DNA of 64,000 nucleotides from Octopus vulgaris (GCA_951406725.2 OX597837.1:10044001-10108000); one strand, 5' to 3'; counted from the first letter of the stretch, positions 12,575 to 26,331 are shown. Translations and numbers: made by a program. The notes: generated from the letters alone by a model not told the origin.

Positions 12575-13272
12575 ACCACCACCACCACCACCTCAACTAT
12601 TACTACAACTACCACCACAACCACCACCCAACAACACCATCAACACCACTACCACCTCAACTATTACTACTACTACTACCACGACCATCACCACCAACAA
12701 CAACACCACCACCCAACAACACCACCACCACCAATACCAACACCATCAACACCACTACCACCCACCAACACCACCAAAACCTCAACTACTACTATTACTA
12801 CAGTTGCTGCTACCAAAACCACACTCACCACCCATCGCCACCACTATCACCTCCACCACCTTAATTACTACTACTAAAACAACTACTACTACTACGGCTG
12901 CTGCGACTACTACTAACGCGACCACAAACACACTACCATCACCACCATCACCTCAACTACTACTACTACTACTAGTACAACTACTACTACTATATCTACT
13001 AACGCCACCACCATCACCACCACCTCAACTACTACTTCTAATACTACTACCACTACTACTACAGCTGCTGCTACTACTACTAACGCGACCACCAACATAC
13101 TACCATCACCACCATCAACAACAACACTGCTCTCACAACGTCACCACCAGCCACCTCGCCTTCAGCCACCTCCACCACCCTCAAGTCATTCACCGCCGCC
13201 GCCGCCTCACTTTGCCTCTCCTTCCTCGTCGCCGGATTCTGCTCTCCTCGTTTATGTTACACAAACACTACG

Positions 13273-13332
<60 letters not shown>

Positions 13333-13593
13333 GCACATGCGCACACTCGTTTTTACCGCCAAAATCAACCAACTTTATTTGCACTACCGTTTCTATTACA
13401 ACTTCCATTGCCGCTTCTTCTTCTTCTTCTTCTTCTTCCATTCTTCTTCTTCTCTTTCTTCTTCTTCTCCTCCTTCTTGTTCTTCTCCTTCTTCTTCTTC
13501 TCCTTTTTGTTCTTCTTCTTGTTTTTTTTTCTTCTTCTTCTTCTACTACTACAACGGCTGTTACTACTACTACTACTACTACTACTTCTTCTT

Positions 13594-13640
<47 letters not shown>

Positions 13641-13670
13641 TCTACTACTACTACTACTACTACTACTATG
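12575..13670. repeat. Compound trinucleotide low-complexity block (ACC/ACT/TTC) with (CA)n
   Basis: Direct inspection; produces spurious poly-T/L/Y ORFs. Confidence 0.85.
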
Positions 13671-13764
13671 ATAACGCCAAAATGTCTCACTTGATAACCG
13701 AACGATAAACATAACTACATATAAAAAAAAACAAATAACATTATTACTTCATATCTGCGTATAT

Positions 13765-14070
13765 GGAGCATGGCTCACAATCATGAGGTAGAGAGTTCGA
13801 TTTAGGGACCGGACTGTGCGTTGTGTTCTTGAGCAAGTCACTTTATTTTCACGTTACTCCAGTTCTCTCAGCTGCAGAAATGAGCTGTGACGTCACTGGT
13901 GCCAAGCTGTATCGGCCCCTTTGCCTTTCCCTTGGACAACATCAGTGGCGTGGAGAGGGGAGGATGGTATGCATGGGCGACTGCTGGTCTTCCTTAAACA
14001 ACATTTCCCGGAATTGTGCCTCGGAACTTTCCGGGTGCAATCCCTTGGTCATTCATGATTGAAGGAATCT
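13765..14070 (+). mobile_element. tRNA-derived SINE family C (head fragment at 1645-1738; variants at about 16262-16423, 25615-25835, 60176-60472 and 61152-61340)
   Basis: Box B-like GAGTTCGATT, GTGTTCTTGAGCAAG.CACTTTATTT core; 3' part shared with 58401-58720 and 31171-31486. Confidence 0.8.
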
Positions 14071-14071
14071 T

Positions 14072-14102
14072 TATCTATCTATCTATCTATCTATCAATTT
14101 TG

Positions 14103-14143
<41 letters not shown>

Positions 14144-14248
14144 TTGTCTATCTATCTATCTATTTGTCTATCTATATCTATCTTTCTGTCTATCTATCTA
14201 TTTGTCTATCTTTCTGTCTATCTATCTATCTATTTGTCTATCTTTCTG

Positions 14249-14283
<35 letters not shown>

Positions 14284-14398
14284 CTATTTATTTGTCTATC
14301 TATTTGTCTATCTTTCTGTCTATCTATCTATCTATTTGTCTATCTTTCTGTCTATCTATCTATCTATATATCTATCTATCCATCTATTTGTCTGTCTT

Positions 14399-14453
<55 letters not shown>

Positions 14454-14510
14454 CTCTCCCTATCTATCTCTCTATACCTATTTCTATCTATCTTTCTATC
14501 TATCTATCTG
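14072..14510. repeat. (TCTA)n/(TCTG)n tetranucleotide array (similar blocks at about 3900-4200, 24925-25270, 47995-48300 and 55968-56047)
   Basis: Direct inspection. Confidence 0.9.
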
Positions 14511-14576
14511 TGTGCGTGTGTGAATGCTACATATGCAGTATCATATACACATGCATACACATGGATGCACACAGCT

Positions 14577-14613
<37 letters not shown>

Positions 14614-15136
14614 ACATACCTGTCTAAGCATGTGCGTATATATCTATTGTACGCATATGCCTGTATATATATATATGAATGCATACATGTATTTCGCATG
14701 TGGATGGATGTGGGGGTGGTAAATCATATCACCGACTACCTGCTGAATTGTTGAGCACTCTGCGTTGTTGCTTGATGAACTAAGATCTTACTAGTGAGGA
14801 AATATTACACCAACATATAAACACACACACACACCGTTTACTGCTGTTGTTCTTACATCTTCTTCCGGATAAAATGCGTAGCAGCATTCCTTCCGGATTT
14901 ACGTTTTGAGTTCAAATTCTACTTTATCTTTATCTTTCATTCTCCCGGGGTTCATGAAATAAATCACCCTAAGCAAGCGTCTTCTAATACAGCTTCGAGT
15001 CGACAAAATCATTGTGAGAGGATTTGGTAGACGGAAACTGAAAGAAGCCCGTCGTATTCTTATTTTTTTCTTTTACTTGTTTCGGTCATCCGACCGGAGC
15101 CAAGCTGGAGCATCATATCAACATATCTATTATATA

Positions 15137-15529
15137 CTTGCAGTATCGCCCGGCGTTGCTCGGGTTTGTAAGGGAAATAACTATATATGCATTTTTAGAG
15201 AGTTATAGCCAAAAAATAGCAAAAAAATGCATTAAAAATGGAAAAAAAAAATGATGGTAATTTTTTTAAAAATCGTTGACTCATCGTAGACATTTTTAGA
15301 GACTTACTTCCCTTGCGAAAAAAATGCATTAAAATGGAAAAAAATGATGGTAATTTTTTTTTTTTAATCGTAGACTCATCGTAGACGCGCGCTAATACCC
15401 AGAAGGGCTCGATATGAATCATGACTATAAGATACCCGGTTTTGGTTAAAGTGCACCGCAAAATGTGGGAGTAGTTAGGAATCTAAATCGTAGGAGACAA
15501 ACACACAACTTGACTTTTATATATAAAGA
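15137..15529 (-). mobile_element. Non-autonomous Helitron-like element
   Basis: Minus strand begins A|TCTTTATATATAAAAG and ends with hairpin CCCGAGCAACGCCGGG + ...CTGCAAG|T (5' TC, near-CTRR end, A/T target, no TSD). Internal duplication at about 15220-15292 / 15318-15385. Confidence 0.7.
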
Positions 15530-15761
15530 TTTGTGAAAAGGGAGGACGTTGTCTCACAAGCAGTTGTACAGGCAAAGGGGTTAGTAAATGTGGTCGGATT
15601 GACTTGAAAATTTGCGCACCTGTGTTAAAAGCGCTGGGGAGTTTGCATGGCAACTTTGAGTTTGCTCAACTGAAAGGCGTGGCCTCGAGGGCAAAATTCC
15701 TCATCTTTAAAATGTGGCTTGAGGAGACCCGAATGAAATCGGGTTATAATACTAGTATATA

Positions 15762-16141
15762 TGTGGCTGTGTGGTAAGTAGCTTGCTTACCAACCACATG
15801 GTTGTGGGTTCAGTCCCACTGCGTGGCATCTTGGGCAAGTGTCTTCTGCTATAGCCCCGGGCCGACCAATGCCTTTTGAGTGGATTTGGTAGACGGAAAC
15901 TGAAAGAAGCCTGTCGTATATATGTATATATGTATGTGTGTGTCTGTGTTTGTCCCCCTAGCATTGCTTGACAACCGATGCTGGTGTGTTTACGTCCCCG
16001 TCACTTAGCGGTTCGGCAAAAGAGACCGATAGAATAAGTACTGGGCTTACAAAGAATCAGTCCCGGTGTCGATTTTCTCGACTAAAGGCGGTGCTCCAGC
16101 ATGGCCGCAGTCAAATGACTGAAACAAGTAAAAGAGTAAGA

Positions 16142-16144
<3 letters not shown>
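15762..16144 (+). mobile_element. SINE family A, full length (another 3' half at about 16440-16655)
   Basis: Matches the family A consensus, including box A TGGCTGTGTGG and box B-like GGTTCAGTCCC. Confidence 0.9.
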
Positions 16145-16187
<43 letters not shown>

Positions 16188-16985
16188 CCCTTACCGAACA
16201 ACCACATCGATGATTTGTTTATAGTGATCAAATGTTTGTGTAGATCGACATTACCTGTACAGGTGCAGCAGGTGCCACATGTCAGATGACGAAAAATGAT
16301 TGCAGAGCAACGTGAAATGAAGTGTTTTGCTCAAGAACACAACGCAACGCCCGGTCTGGGAATCGAACTCACGATCTCGCAATCGTGAGTGCAACACCTT
16401 AACCACTGAGCCATGTGCCTTCACAGATATATATATACTATGTCTCCATGTCCGTGTTTGTCCCCCGTCACTGCTTGACAAGCTGTGATGGTGCGTTTAG
16501 GTCTCCGTAACTTACCGGTTCGACAAAAGAGTCTGACAGAATAAGTACCAGGCTTTGAAACAATAAGTTGTGGGATCGGTTTGTTCGACTAAAAAGCTAC
16601 AAGGCGGTGCTCCAGCATGGTCACAATCAGATGACTGAAACAAGTAAAAGAATAAATGATAAGTTAACCACAGGGGTCACTGCTGTCGAAAAGCTCCCAC
16701 CCCCACCCATATAATTTCAGGCATTGTGCCTGTAGTAAAAAAAGGATTTCTGTTATTAGCGTGGGGAGTTGGCAGAAGTGTTAGAGCAGCGGAGGAAATG
16801 CTTAGCGGCATGTCGTCCGGCTATATGTTCTGCGTTCAAAACTTCGCCGAAGTCGACTTTGTTTTTCATTCTTTCGGGGCCGATGAAAAAAAATATGTAC
16901 CAGTTGAGTATTGGGATCGATGTAATCGACCAGCCGCCTCCCTCAAATTTCAGGTCTTTTTCTTATAGTAGAAAGGATTATTATT

Positions 16986-17212
16986 ACCAGGCTCCCGTGG
17001 CTTTTATGGGTTTTTCCACGAGTAATCTTTCGAAGCGCCTCCCCCTATTGGGAGTTTTAATTGTTACTTATATTTCGTTGTTATCCTCCTTTTTGTACAC
17101 GGACCTTTTTTCAAACGGACAAAACCCTTTGTAACTTTCGTCCTGTGTTTTGTCCCTTTATGTTTTAACTGATTTTTGCTAGCCCTTGTGGCCAATAAAC
17201 GAACGAATTATC
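16986..17212 (+). mobile_element. L1/Tx1-like LINE 3' UTR fragment (inverted partner at about 17935-18120; degraded copy at about 25410-25580)
   Basis: Near-identical to the reverse complement of 10755-10975. Confidence 0.75.
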
Positions 17213-17902
17213 TTATGGCATTCAATGTCACAGCATGAACATATGGTTCTATGTCCTGTGTCCTGTCTCTCTGGACGATAGGGAAACGCTGTATTCAATA
17301 TCTCCTTTGATCCAATAATCCACTATGGAGCCTAGTATTATCTCGCTTCAGATCTTGCTCTAGTTTCAAACGATTCCATAATCTATTTTCATTTTGTTTG
17401 ATACGATAATTATTCAATTTTAATTGTTATCATATTTGTATTAAATCAATCAATAACATATTTGTTTCTTTTTTATATGTGCTGTTATGTTTGTCGTTCG
17501 CTTATCAAGTGAGACGTTTTGGCGTTATCATAGAATCATTGATATCTACTGTGGGGCAAACATGGCTCAGTGGACAAAGAAGGTCATCTGATAATTATAC
17601 GGTTTCAGTTTTGATTCGACTGAGCAGCGACTTGAAAGTTTTGCGATCAATTGCGCAGTAAACATCGTTATGTTCTCTTCGCAACATCGCTGTTTGCGTT
17701 TCGAATCGACAAAGCTGCACCTTGGCCACATGTATCCTACCATGACATTACTTCCGAGTTTTGAGATCAAATTCGGAGCAAACTTAGCTTGCTTGCATAG
17801 TTAAGTAGTACGTTTCGGGACAAGGAGATTTCGAGTTCGATTCTATTGAGTGTCCTTTACCATTCAAAATAAAGAACTTCAATTTATCAATACTACTACT
17901 AC

Positions 17903-17934
<32 letters not shown>

Positions 17935-17936
<2 letters not shown>

Positions 17937-18120
17937 TAGTTCTTTTATTGGCCACAAGGGCTAACAAAAATCAATTAAAACATAAAGGGACAAAACACAG
18001 GACGAAAGTTACAAAGGGTTTTGTCCGTTTGAAAAAAGTCCGTGTACAAAGGCAAGATGACAACAAAATATAAGTAACAATTAAAACTCCCAATAGGGGG
18101 AGGCGCTTTCAAAGGTTACT
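17935..18120 (-). mobile_element. L1/Tx1-like LINE 3' UTR fragment with (TTA)n tail
   Basis: Near-identical to 10762-10940; the (TAA)n run at about 17900-17937 is its tail. Confidence 0.75.
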
Positions 18121-19186
18121 TTTTTTTGCCAAATAAACACGCGCACTATATATTCGCTCTTCACTCTTTTATTAACTACTTTATTAACAATTTTAACTCG
18201 CGTCTATTGTCCGGAAATCTTTCATTACACACCTGTGACCTCTTCAGCGACACTTTCCGTCCTCGTGTGCGCTCCAATTCCATTTAGTCCATTCTGCAAA
18301 ACAAATTCATAAACGTATGTGTGTGTGTGTTTGTGCATACATGTGTATGTGTATAGGGAAGGCTTTCTGTTTGTGCCTCCCTGTCAACCACCACTTGACA
18401 ACCATGGCCTAGAGGTTTGCCTAGTGATGTGTAGTGTACTTGAGGAGGGCATTTCACTTCGTCTTGCTCCAGTCCTCTCAGCTTCGGACTGGCGTCCCGT
18501 TCAAGGGAGATGCTGTGATCTCGGTCACTTATACGCCACGAAAACCGAGCAACTGGCCCTGTGAGTCTCAGAAATCGAGACAGTGCTCAAGTAATTTCGC
18601 GGTTCGCCCAAAAGCAAACAATAGAATATGTACAAGACTTTCAAAATATAGGGGGGAAAAACAAAAACAGAACTAATGGGGGTAGATTTTCTTGACTTAA
18701 ACCTTTCAAGGCATTGCTCCAGCATGGCCGCAGTCTGATGCCTGAAATAAGTAAATAAAACAAGTCCCAGCACGGAGGCAGGAGACACCATAAAATAACT
18801 GGCGCTATAGATACAGGGGACGTTAATCACAGAGTGCTTCGGTCGATGACCTACTTTGCAAGGGTGTAAATATATTCAGGGTGTGTTTCAGTGAGTACTA
18901 CTGCCTCAGCCATCGACCCGACGCCACCCAACTCCACCCAACGAAAGATGTCTGTCTATTCCTTCATAATAAGTCTGTTCTTTTAGTATCTTGATATCAT
19001 CTGTTTGTAATTTGTTTTGAAATCTAATATTATACGTAGAGAGGTGAAGAAAAAGTTGGCTTGGAGTTACACGGTGGATGGAAATAAGCTGAAAGTTTGT
19101 ATGCTAATGCTTGTGGTGGTGTTTCTGGCGGTGAAGTACTTTCAGTGCAATGGTATGCGTTGTGAAAATAACCACTGTGTATCAAT

Positions 19187-19457
19187 GTAGGAGAGGCTGT
19201 GTGGTAAGTAGCTTGCTTACCAACCACATGGTTCTGGATTCAGTCCCACTGCGTGGCACCTTGGGCAAGTGTCTTCTGCTATAGCCTCGGGCCGACCAAA
19301 GCCTTGTGAGTGGATTTCAGTTTCCATCTGCCAAATCCACTCGCAATGCTTTCGTCGGCCCGAGGTTATAGTAAAAGGCACTTGCCCAAGATGCCACGCT
19401 GTGGGACTGAACCCGGAACCATGTGGTTTGTAAGCAAGCTACTTACCACACAGCCAC
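19187..19457. mobile_element. Two SINE family A 5' halves fused in inverted orientation
   Basis: The + copy 19187-19317 runs directly into the - copy 19315-19457. Confidence 0.85.
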
Positions 19458-19678
19458 GACAGCTATATATATATATTAAATCTCTGAGCGAGAGATAAAC
19501 AGTAACAGTACAGAATCGTAAAATATATTTACCAGCTAAATGTGTGTCGTTGGCCAGCTGGAGGAGATGTCTTCCTGGGGCTAAAAACAACAGTAGCACC
19601 GTCCTCTATAAGACCGCCACATTTAGTTGGCAAATATGTTTTACAAATACACATATATATACATATATTTTTATATAT

Positions 19679-19769
<91 letters not shown>

Positions 19770-20149
19770 TAAGCACCCAGACACGCTGTCTGTGGAATAC
19801 TCGACCATGTACTTTGTATAGCAGACAATGACTAGATTGATCGATCCAAGGTTTGATCCATCAATACGTTGACATTCAGAACCGGTAACATTTACTCATC
19901 CATTATCTCCACCTACGTTCACTTATCATCATTTGTCAAGGGACCTTATAACCTGACGTCTGTATATAATATGTATGTGACATTCATTAGTTGACAGCTG
20001 TCACCTTAACATCAATTGATATTGGTTTGTTAACGACCGTAACAGTTATCATTCGTCTCTTGATCTCTACGACTGTTCCTAATCATTAACTGATCTCGAT
20101 AAAATGTTGCTATTCGCTAATTGCTCCCACCACTACCACTACTGCTTAC

Positions 20150-21510
20150 TGATAAACAATCCTGAGTTAACCCTACAAGGTAAAAACAGTCTTTAGTAAA
20201 TCCTTATAGCAGTTTAACAGGTCGAAGTTAACCCTGCACATAACGGTTCTTAGCTAACCCTTACAGCTATTAAAATCTCCTTAGCTAGCCCTCTAGCCAT
20301 TAGTGAGTCCTAAGCCGTTAAAAGGGCTAGATTAACCCTGTAACTAGTATAAGAGTCCTTAGTGAGCTATTCAGCTTTAAACAGCCGTTAGTTAACCTAA
20401 CAAGTGTTAACCAGTCCTTAGTTAACTCTACAGCTGGTAAACAAGCCTTAATTAACCTTTCAGTTGCTTACCAGTTCTTAGTAAACCCTAGACCTGTTAA
20501 ACGGTTCTTAGTTGACATTACAACTGATAAACAATTCCTTGGTTATCTCTACAACATATAACAGTTACTGGTTAATCCTACAGTTGTTAAACAGTTCTTG
20601 GATAACCCTACAACTGTTAAAAAATCTTTAATTAACTTTACATCTGATAAAAAGTCCTTAGTTAACCCTACAGCTGGCAAAGAGTACTTAAATTCCGAAA
20701 TAGTATACCGTTCTTTATTAACCCTACATCTTAACAGTTCTCAGTTAACCCTACACCTGTTAAGCACTTAGTTAATTCTACAACAGGTGAACAGGCTTTA
20801 CTCTTTTACTTGTTTCAGTCATTTGACTGTGGCCATGCTGGAACAACGCCTTTAGTCGAGCAAATCGACCCCAGGACTTTGTAAGCCTAGTACTTATTCT
20901 ATAGGTCTCTTTTGCCGAACCGCTAAGATACGGAGACGTAAACACATCCAGCATCGGTGGTCAAGCGATGTTGTGGGGACAAACACAGACACACAAACAT
21001 ATCCACACACATACATATATACGACGGGCTTCTTTCAGTTTCCGTCTACCAAATCCACTCACAAGGCTTTGGTCGACCCGAGGTTATAGTAAAAGGTGCC
21101 ACGCAGTGGGACTGAACCCAGAACCATGCGGTTCGCAAGCAAGCTACTTAGTTAACCTTACAGCTGGTAAACAGTCTCCATTTAATCGTACAACAGATAA
21201 CAATTGATTGTTAGTCTAAGACAGTTGTTAATTAATCTTAAACAATTCTTGGATAATCCTGCGGTTGTTAAATAGTCCTTAGTCCACTCTACAACTGATT
21301 AAACGCTTTAGTTAAACCTACAGCTGTTAAACAGTCATTTGTTACCCCTCAGCTAGTAAACATTTCTTAGTTAACCCTGCAGCTGTTAGGCTATCCTTAC
21401 TTAATTCTACAACTAGTAACTGACCATATTTAGCCTACCAACAGATAACAGACCTTATCCCATACTGAGTAACACTCCTCTGTTAACCCTATAACGAGTA
21501 ACTCTCCGGT
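20150..21510. repeat. Degenerate 30-bp minisatellite (consensus about GTTAACCCTACAGCTGTTAAACAGTCCTTA)
   Basis: Exact 30-nt register visible at 20391-20520 and 20571-20690; roughly 30 diverged units, split by a SINE. Confidence 0.85.
20797..21149 (-). mobile_element. SINE family A inserted into the 30-bp minisatellite
   Basis: Family A sequence flanked on both sides by minisatellite units. Confidence 0.88.
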
Positions 21511-21745
21511 TTGACCTCTTCGTCTAACGAAAGCCGTCATTAAACTCATATATAGCTGGAGGTATTTCTTAATTGAGGACCTGTGAGTTATTGGCATGAA
21601 CCAGTTGACTGTTGGTTTTGAAACTCAACCCTACGGCTGACCACATTCCATATTTGGTTTTCGCCAAGCAAACCAAACAGAAACTCTTTTATCAAACAGT
21701 CGTCATCATGTCGATTCAGTCTTAGACTTCACATTCTACACCAAC

Positions 21746-21841
<96 letters not shown>

Positions 21842-21960
21842 TCCCTTCCTTCCTGAGCGTCCAATAATACTATATTTGTTCCACGTCCTTGCGTTGTTGT
21901 GTTTTCTCTTTGTGTTTTCATGTTTGGATTATTTTTATATATATAGATATATATATATAG

Positions 21961-22016
<56 letters not shown>

Positions 22017-22813
22017 TCATATTTGTCCACAGATCGAAACATACAGCAGTTTGTCACGAATCATTAAAATAATTAATATTAATATGTGTGTGTGTGCGTG
22101 CATGTGTGTGCGCGCGCTTATTTTATGTGCACGCACACACACACACACATATTTACATAACTATTTGTTTGCATCTTTCATTCTCTTCATCTTTCTATTT
22201 CCCCTCCCCTTCTCTTTTTACTCTCTCCTGCTTTCTCTTCCTCTCCCTTTATCTCCTTTTCTCTTTCTTTCTTTCTCTCTCTCTCTATTTCTCTCTGTCT
22301 GTCTGTCTTTCTCTCTCTCTCTCTATTTCTCTCCCACTTTGTCATTCAACTCACACACACACACACACGTACACAAATTGATCGAAAGAGATTAAGAGAG
22401 ACGGAGATAGAGATAGATAGATAAATAGAGTGAGAGAAAGAAAGACAGAGAGAGAGAGAAAGAGAGAGAGAATGTGAATGGATGGATAGAAGGCAGTATA
22501 TAGTAATTGTAGACGCGATGGTCGTGGTGGTGGTCGTGGTGGGAGGGCTGGATCTTATCGATTAGCTTCGAAGAGTTCAAGGACAAAAGAGACAAACGAT
22601 TTTCAAAGACAATTCTATCGAGACACAGAAGCGAACTCCGCACCATCAGCTCCGTCTCCACCACCTTATCAATTGATTACACACACACACACACACGTAT
22701 ACACACTCACATAAATGCACTCGTACACACATACATATACATAAACTATACACACATCGATGCATATCCACACACACCAGGGCTGTAGGAAATAGGAATT
22801 CTGATAGCAGAAA

Positions 22814-23261
22814 TGGTGGTGGTGGTGGTGGTGGTACATTAATAGTGGTAGCATGCATGGTAGTAGTATTGTTTGTAGTAGTGGTAGTGGTGGTCACGAT
22901 GGTGCTGTTGTTGTTGTTGTTGGTGGTGGTGGTCACGATGCTATTGTTGTTGTAGGTGGTGGTGGTGGTCGCGATGGTGTTGTTGTTGTTGGTGGTGGTG
23001 GTAGTGATAGTGGTAGATGTTGGGATTGTGGTGGTGGTGGTGTTGGTGGTACATTAATAGTGGTAGTATGCAAGGTAGTAGTATTGTTTGTAGTAGTGGT
23101 AGTGGTGGTCACGATGGTGTTGGTGTTGTTGTTGGTAGTGGTGGTGGTGGTGGATGTAGTTGTGGTGGTGGTTACGATGGTATTGTTGGTGTAGGTGGTG
23201 GTAGTGATAGTGGTAGAGGTTGGGGTGGTGGTTGTGGTCGTCGTCATCATCGTGGTGGTGG

Positions 23262-23292
<31 letters not shown>

Positions 23293-23597
23293 GGTAGTGG
23301 TGGAGGTAACGAATAATGGTTATGTTGATGTGCTAGTTGCATTGTATGGGCAATAGTTGTGGCGGTGATGAGATGGGAGAAGAATGTTTAGAAGTAGAGG
23401 CAAGTAGGAGTGGTGGTTGTTGTGCCGGTGGTTGCGGATATAGTGGTGGTTGGGATGTGGAAAGAAGTAGTGATGTTGGGAGTGGTGGTAAGAGAGATGG
23501 TGGTGGTGGTGGTTGAGCTGCTGCTGCTGCTGGTATTGTTGTTGGCGCTGGTGCTGGTAGTGTCGGTAGTAGTAGTAGTAGTAGTAGTAGTAGCAGC

Positions 23598-23628
<31 letters not shown>

Positions 23629-23654
23629 ACAGCAGCAGCAGCAGTAGTAGTAGC

Positions 23655-23687
<33 letters not shown>

Positions 23688-23840
23688 GGTAGTAGTAGTA
23701 GTAGTAGTAGTGGAGGTGGTGGTGGTAGTAGTAGTGGTGGTGGTGGTGGTAGTAGTTAGTAGCAGTAGTAGTAGTGGTAGTAGTAGTAGTAGTGGTAGTA
23801 GTGGTGGTAGTAGTAGTAGTGGTGGTGGTGGTGGTTGTAG
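22814..23840. repeat. Compound (GGT/GTA/GTT)n low-complexity block with an internal ~75-nt duplication (about 22830 and 23045)
   Basis: Direct inspection. Confidence 0.85.
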
Positions 23841-24729
23841 TTTGGCCCCCAGATCGAGTCGAATGGATCAGTCCCATGATAAAAAAAAAAAAAAGAAAAC
23901 GAAAGAGGAAAGAAAAAAGAAAAAAGAAAAGCTTCCGGCGAAGCCAATCCTGTTCTTTCAGCCATAATGCATCTCTTTCGCACAACATTCTCAAATGTCC
24001 TGCCTTCTTTTAGTGCAGTGCGGTATATAAATTCGTGGGAGATTTGGCTCCTATTTCTATTTCTAGCACGTTGTGTGTCTCTACGCGTCGTTAATGGCTC
24101 GGGTAGTACTTGGGGGGGATGTGTAAATGACAGAATAGCGTTGATGGTTGTGGTAGGGGGTTTGTGTGGATTACGGAATAACGTTGTTGGTTTTGGTCAT
24201 ACACAGAAAAAAGCATAGGTCATAAAGGCACGTTGGTGATTTGGTAATACAAAGGAGTGTGTGTAGATGAGAGAACAGCGTCAATGGCTTTTGTGGGGAG
24301 TGCGTATATATTATAGAATACCGTTGGTGGTTGTGATAATACTGGATGGAGAGTGTGAATAGATTTTAGAGTTGCATCAAAGGTTATAATAATAAGGCCA
24401 GCAATTTCGGGAGAAGGAGTTAAATCGATTGCATCGACCTCATTGTTCAACTGGTACTTATTTTATCGAGCTCCGAAACGATGAAAGGCAAAATTGACCT
24501 CGACGGAATTTGAACTCAGAACCTAAAGACAAACGGACAAAACACCACTAAGCATCTTGTCCGGTTTTCTAACAATTCTACCAGCTCGCCGCCTTAAAGG
24601 TTATGGTAATATTAGTGGTTGTGTGTGTATTACAGAAAAGAGTCGCTTTTGTGAAAAGTTAAGCATAGGTCCAATATAGAAACCTAGAGCTAAGTGATAT
24701 TATAAGTTCTTGTATTAACGCTGTTGAGC

Positions 24730-24778
<49 letters not shown>

Positions 24779-24934
24779 AGAGAGAGTTTACGAAAAAAAC
24801 AAAAGACGAAGACGGGTGGTGTACAAAAACAGATGTATTAGTATAACGCTCAGGAATAGAAAAAGTATTTTACGTTTCAAGCCTACGCTCTTCTACAGAA
24901 AGGGACACAGAAAAAACAAGGAGAGATCTATCTA

Positions 24935-25005
<71 letters not shown>

Positions 25006-25832
25006 GTCTGTCTATCTATCTATTTCTCTATCTGTCTATCTATTTGTCTGTCTATCTATCTATTTCTCTATTTGTCTGTCTATCTATCTATTTCTCTATC
25101 TGTCTATCTATTTGTCTGTCTATCTCTCTATATGTCTATCTATTTGTCTGTCTATCTCTCTATATGTCTATCTATTTGTCTGTCTATCTATCTATCTGTC
25201 TATCTATTTGTCTGTCTATCTATCTCTCTATCTGTCTATCTATTTGTCTGTCAATCTATCAATCTATCTTATATTTGGTGCGGAAATATATTGATCTTGT
25301 ATTTGAGAAATATCAATTATCATAGCTCCTTGGTCTGTGTGAAAGGACCAGTTTTGAGCATACATGGGTAAAAAAATTAAGGAGAACGGCTCTTGCCCTG
25401 TTCATCAGGCACCCGTGGCTTCTGTGAGCTTTTCCACGAGTAACCTTTAAAGCGCCTCCTCTAATGAGAATTTTACGTTGTTTAATTTTTATTGTTTACA
25501 CGCAGAAAACCCTTTGTATCGTCTTGTGTTGTCCTTTATGTTTATTTATTTTAGCCCCAGAGGCCAATAAAAGAATAAACTATAACTCCTTTTCTCTGTT
25601 TCGTTAAAGATCGTAGAAGAGTGGTTAGCTTATTGCACTCAAGATCGCTAGATAGAGGTTTCAATTCCTGGACAGAACGATGCGTTTGGTTCTTGAGCAA
25701 AACATTTCATTTCATTTTGCCCCACTCCTCTCCGCTGCAAATGAGTGACCCTGCGACTAACTAGCATTCCGTGCAAGGTGAATGTTGTGCTCCAGCATGG
25801 CCACAGTCAAATGACTGAAACAAGTAAAAGAG

Positions 25833-25872
<40 letters not shown>

Positions 25873-25957
25873 ACATACATACACATACATGTAATGTCTA
25901 GTGATTCACATCATTGCTATTCTGAGGTTCCCGCCTTAGTACTCTGAATTTTCCTAC

Positions 25958-26023
<66 letters not shown>

Positions 26024-26168
26024 TCCCTTTCTGACCCTCTATCTTTCCCTCCTTCTCTCGCATACACCCCACACACACACACAGATAAGCAAGCACCAAC
26101 TCACACAAATGCAACAGCCGCATTCATACACATATACAAAACAACTTACACAGAACATCCATTCGATT

Positions 26169-26204
<36 letters not shown>

Positions 26205-26331
26205 ATAAACACACACACACACACACGCAAACACATATATATACATATATTAAATGTACAAAAATACAAAATGAGACAAGAACGTAAAACATTTAGAAGA
26301 CGATACAAAAAACACGACGGGTCATTCGAAG

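Noticed and set aside
12804-13694. 296-aa Thr/Leu/Pro-rich ORF resembling a mucin
   Set aside because: Non-ATG start and a composite of ACT/ACC/CA/TTC repeats that switch register; low-complexity non-coding DNA is more likely.
20150-21510. CRISPR-like appearance of the 30-bp palindromic repeat
   Set aside because: Units are contiguous with no unique spacers, no cas genes are present, and the context is eukaryotic.
23940-24070. CCAAT + TATATAAA candidate promoter
   Set aside because: The downstream sequence is a short dispersed motif (GAGATTTGGCT.CTATTTCTA.., also near 270, 6860 and 61115) and no exon structure follows.
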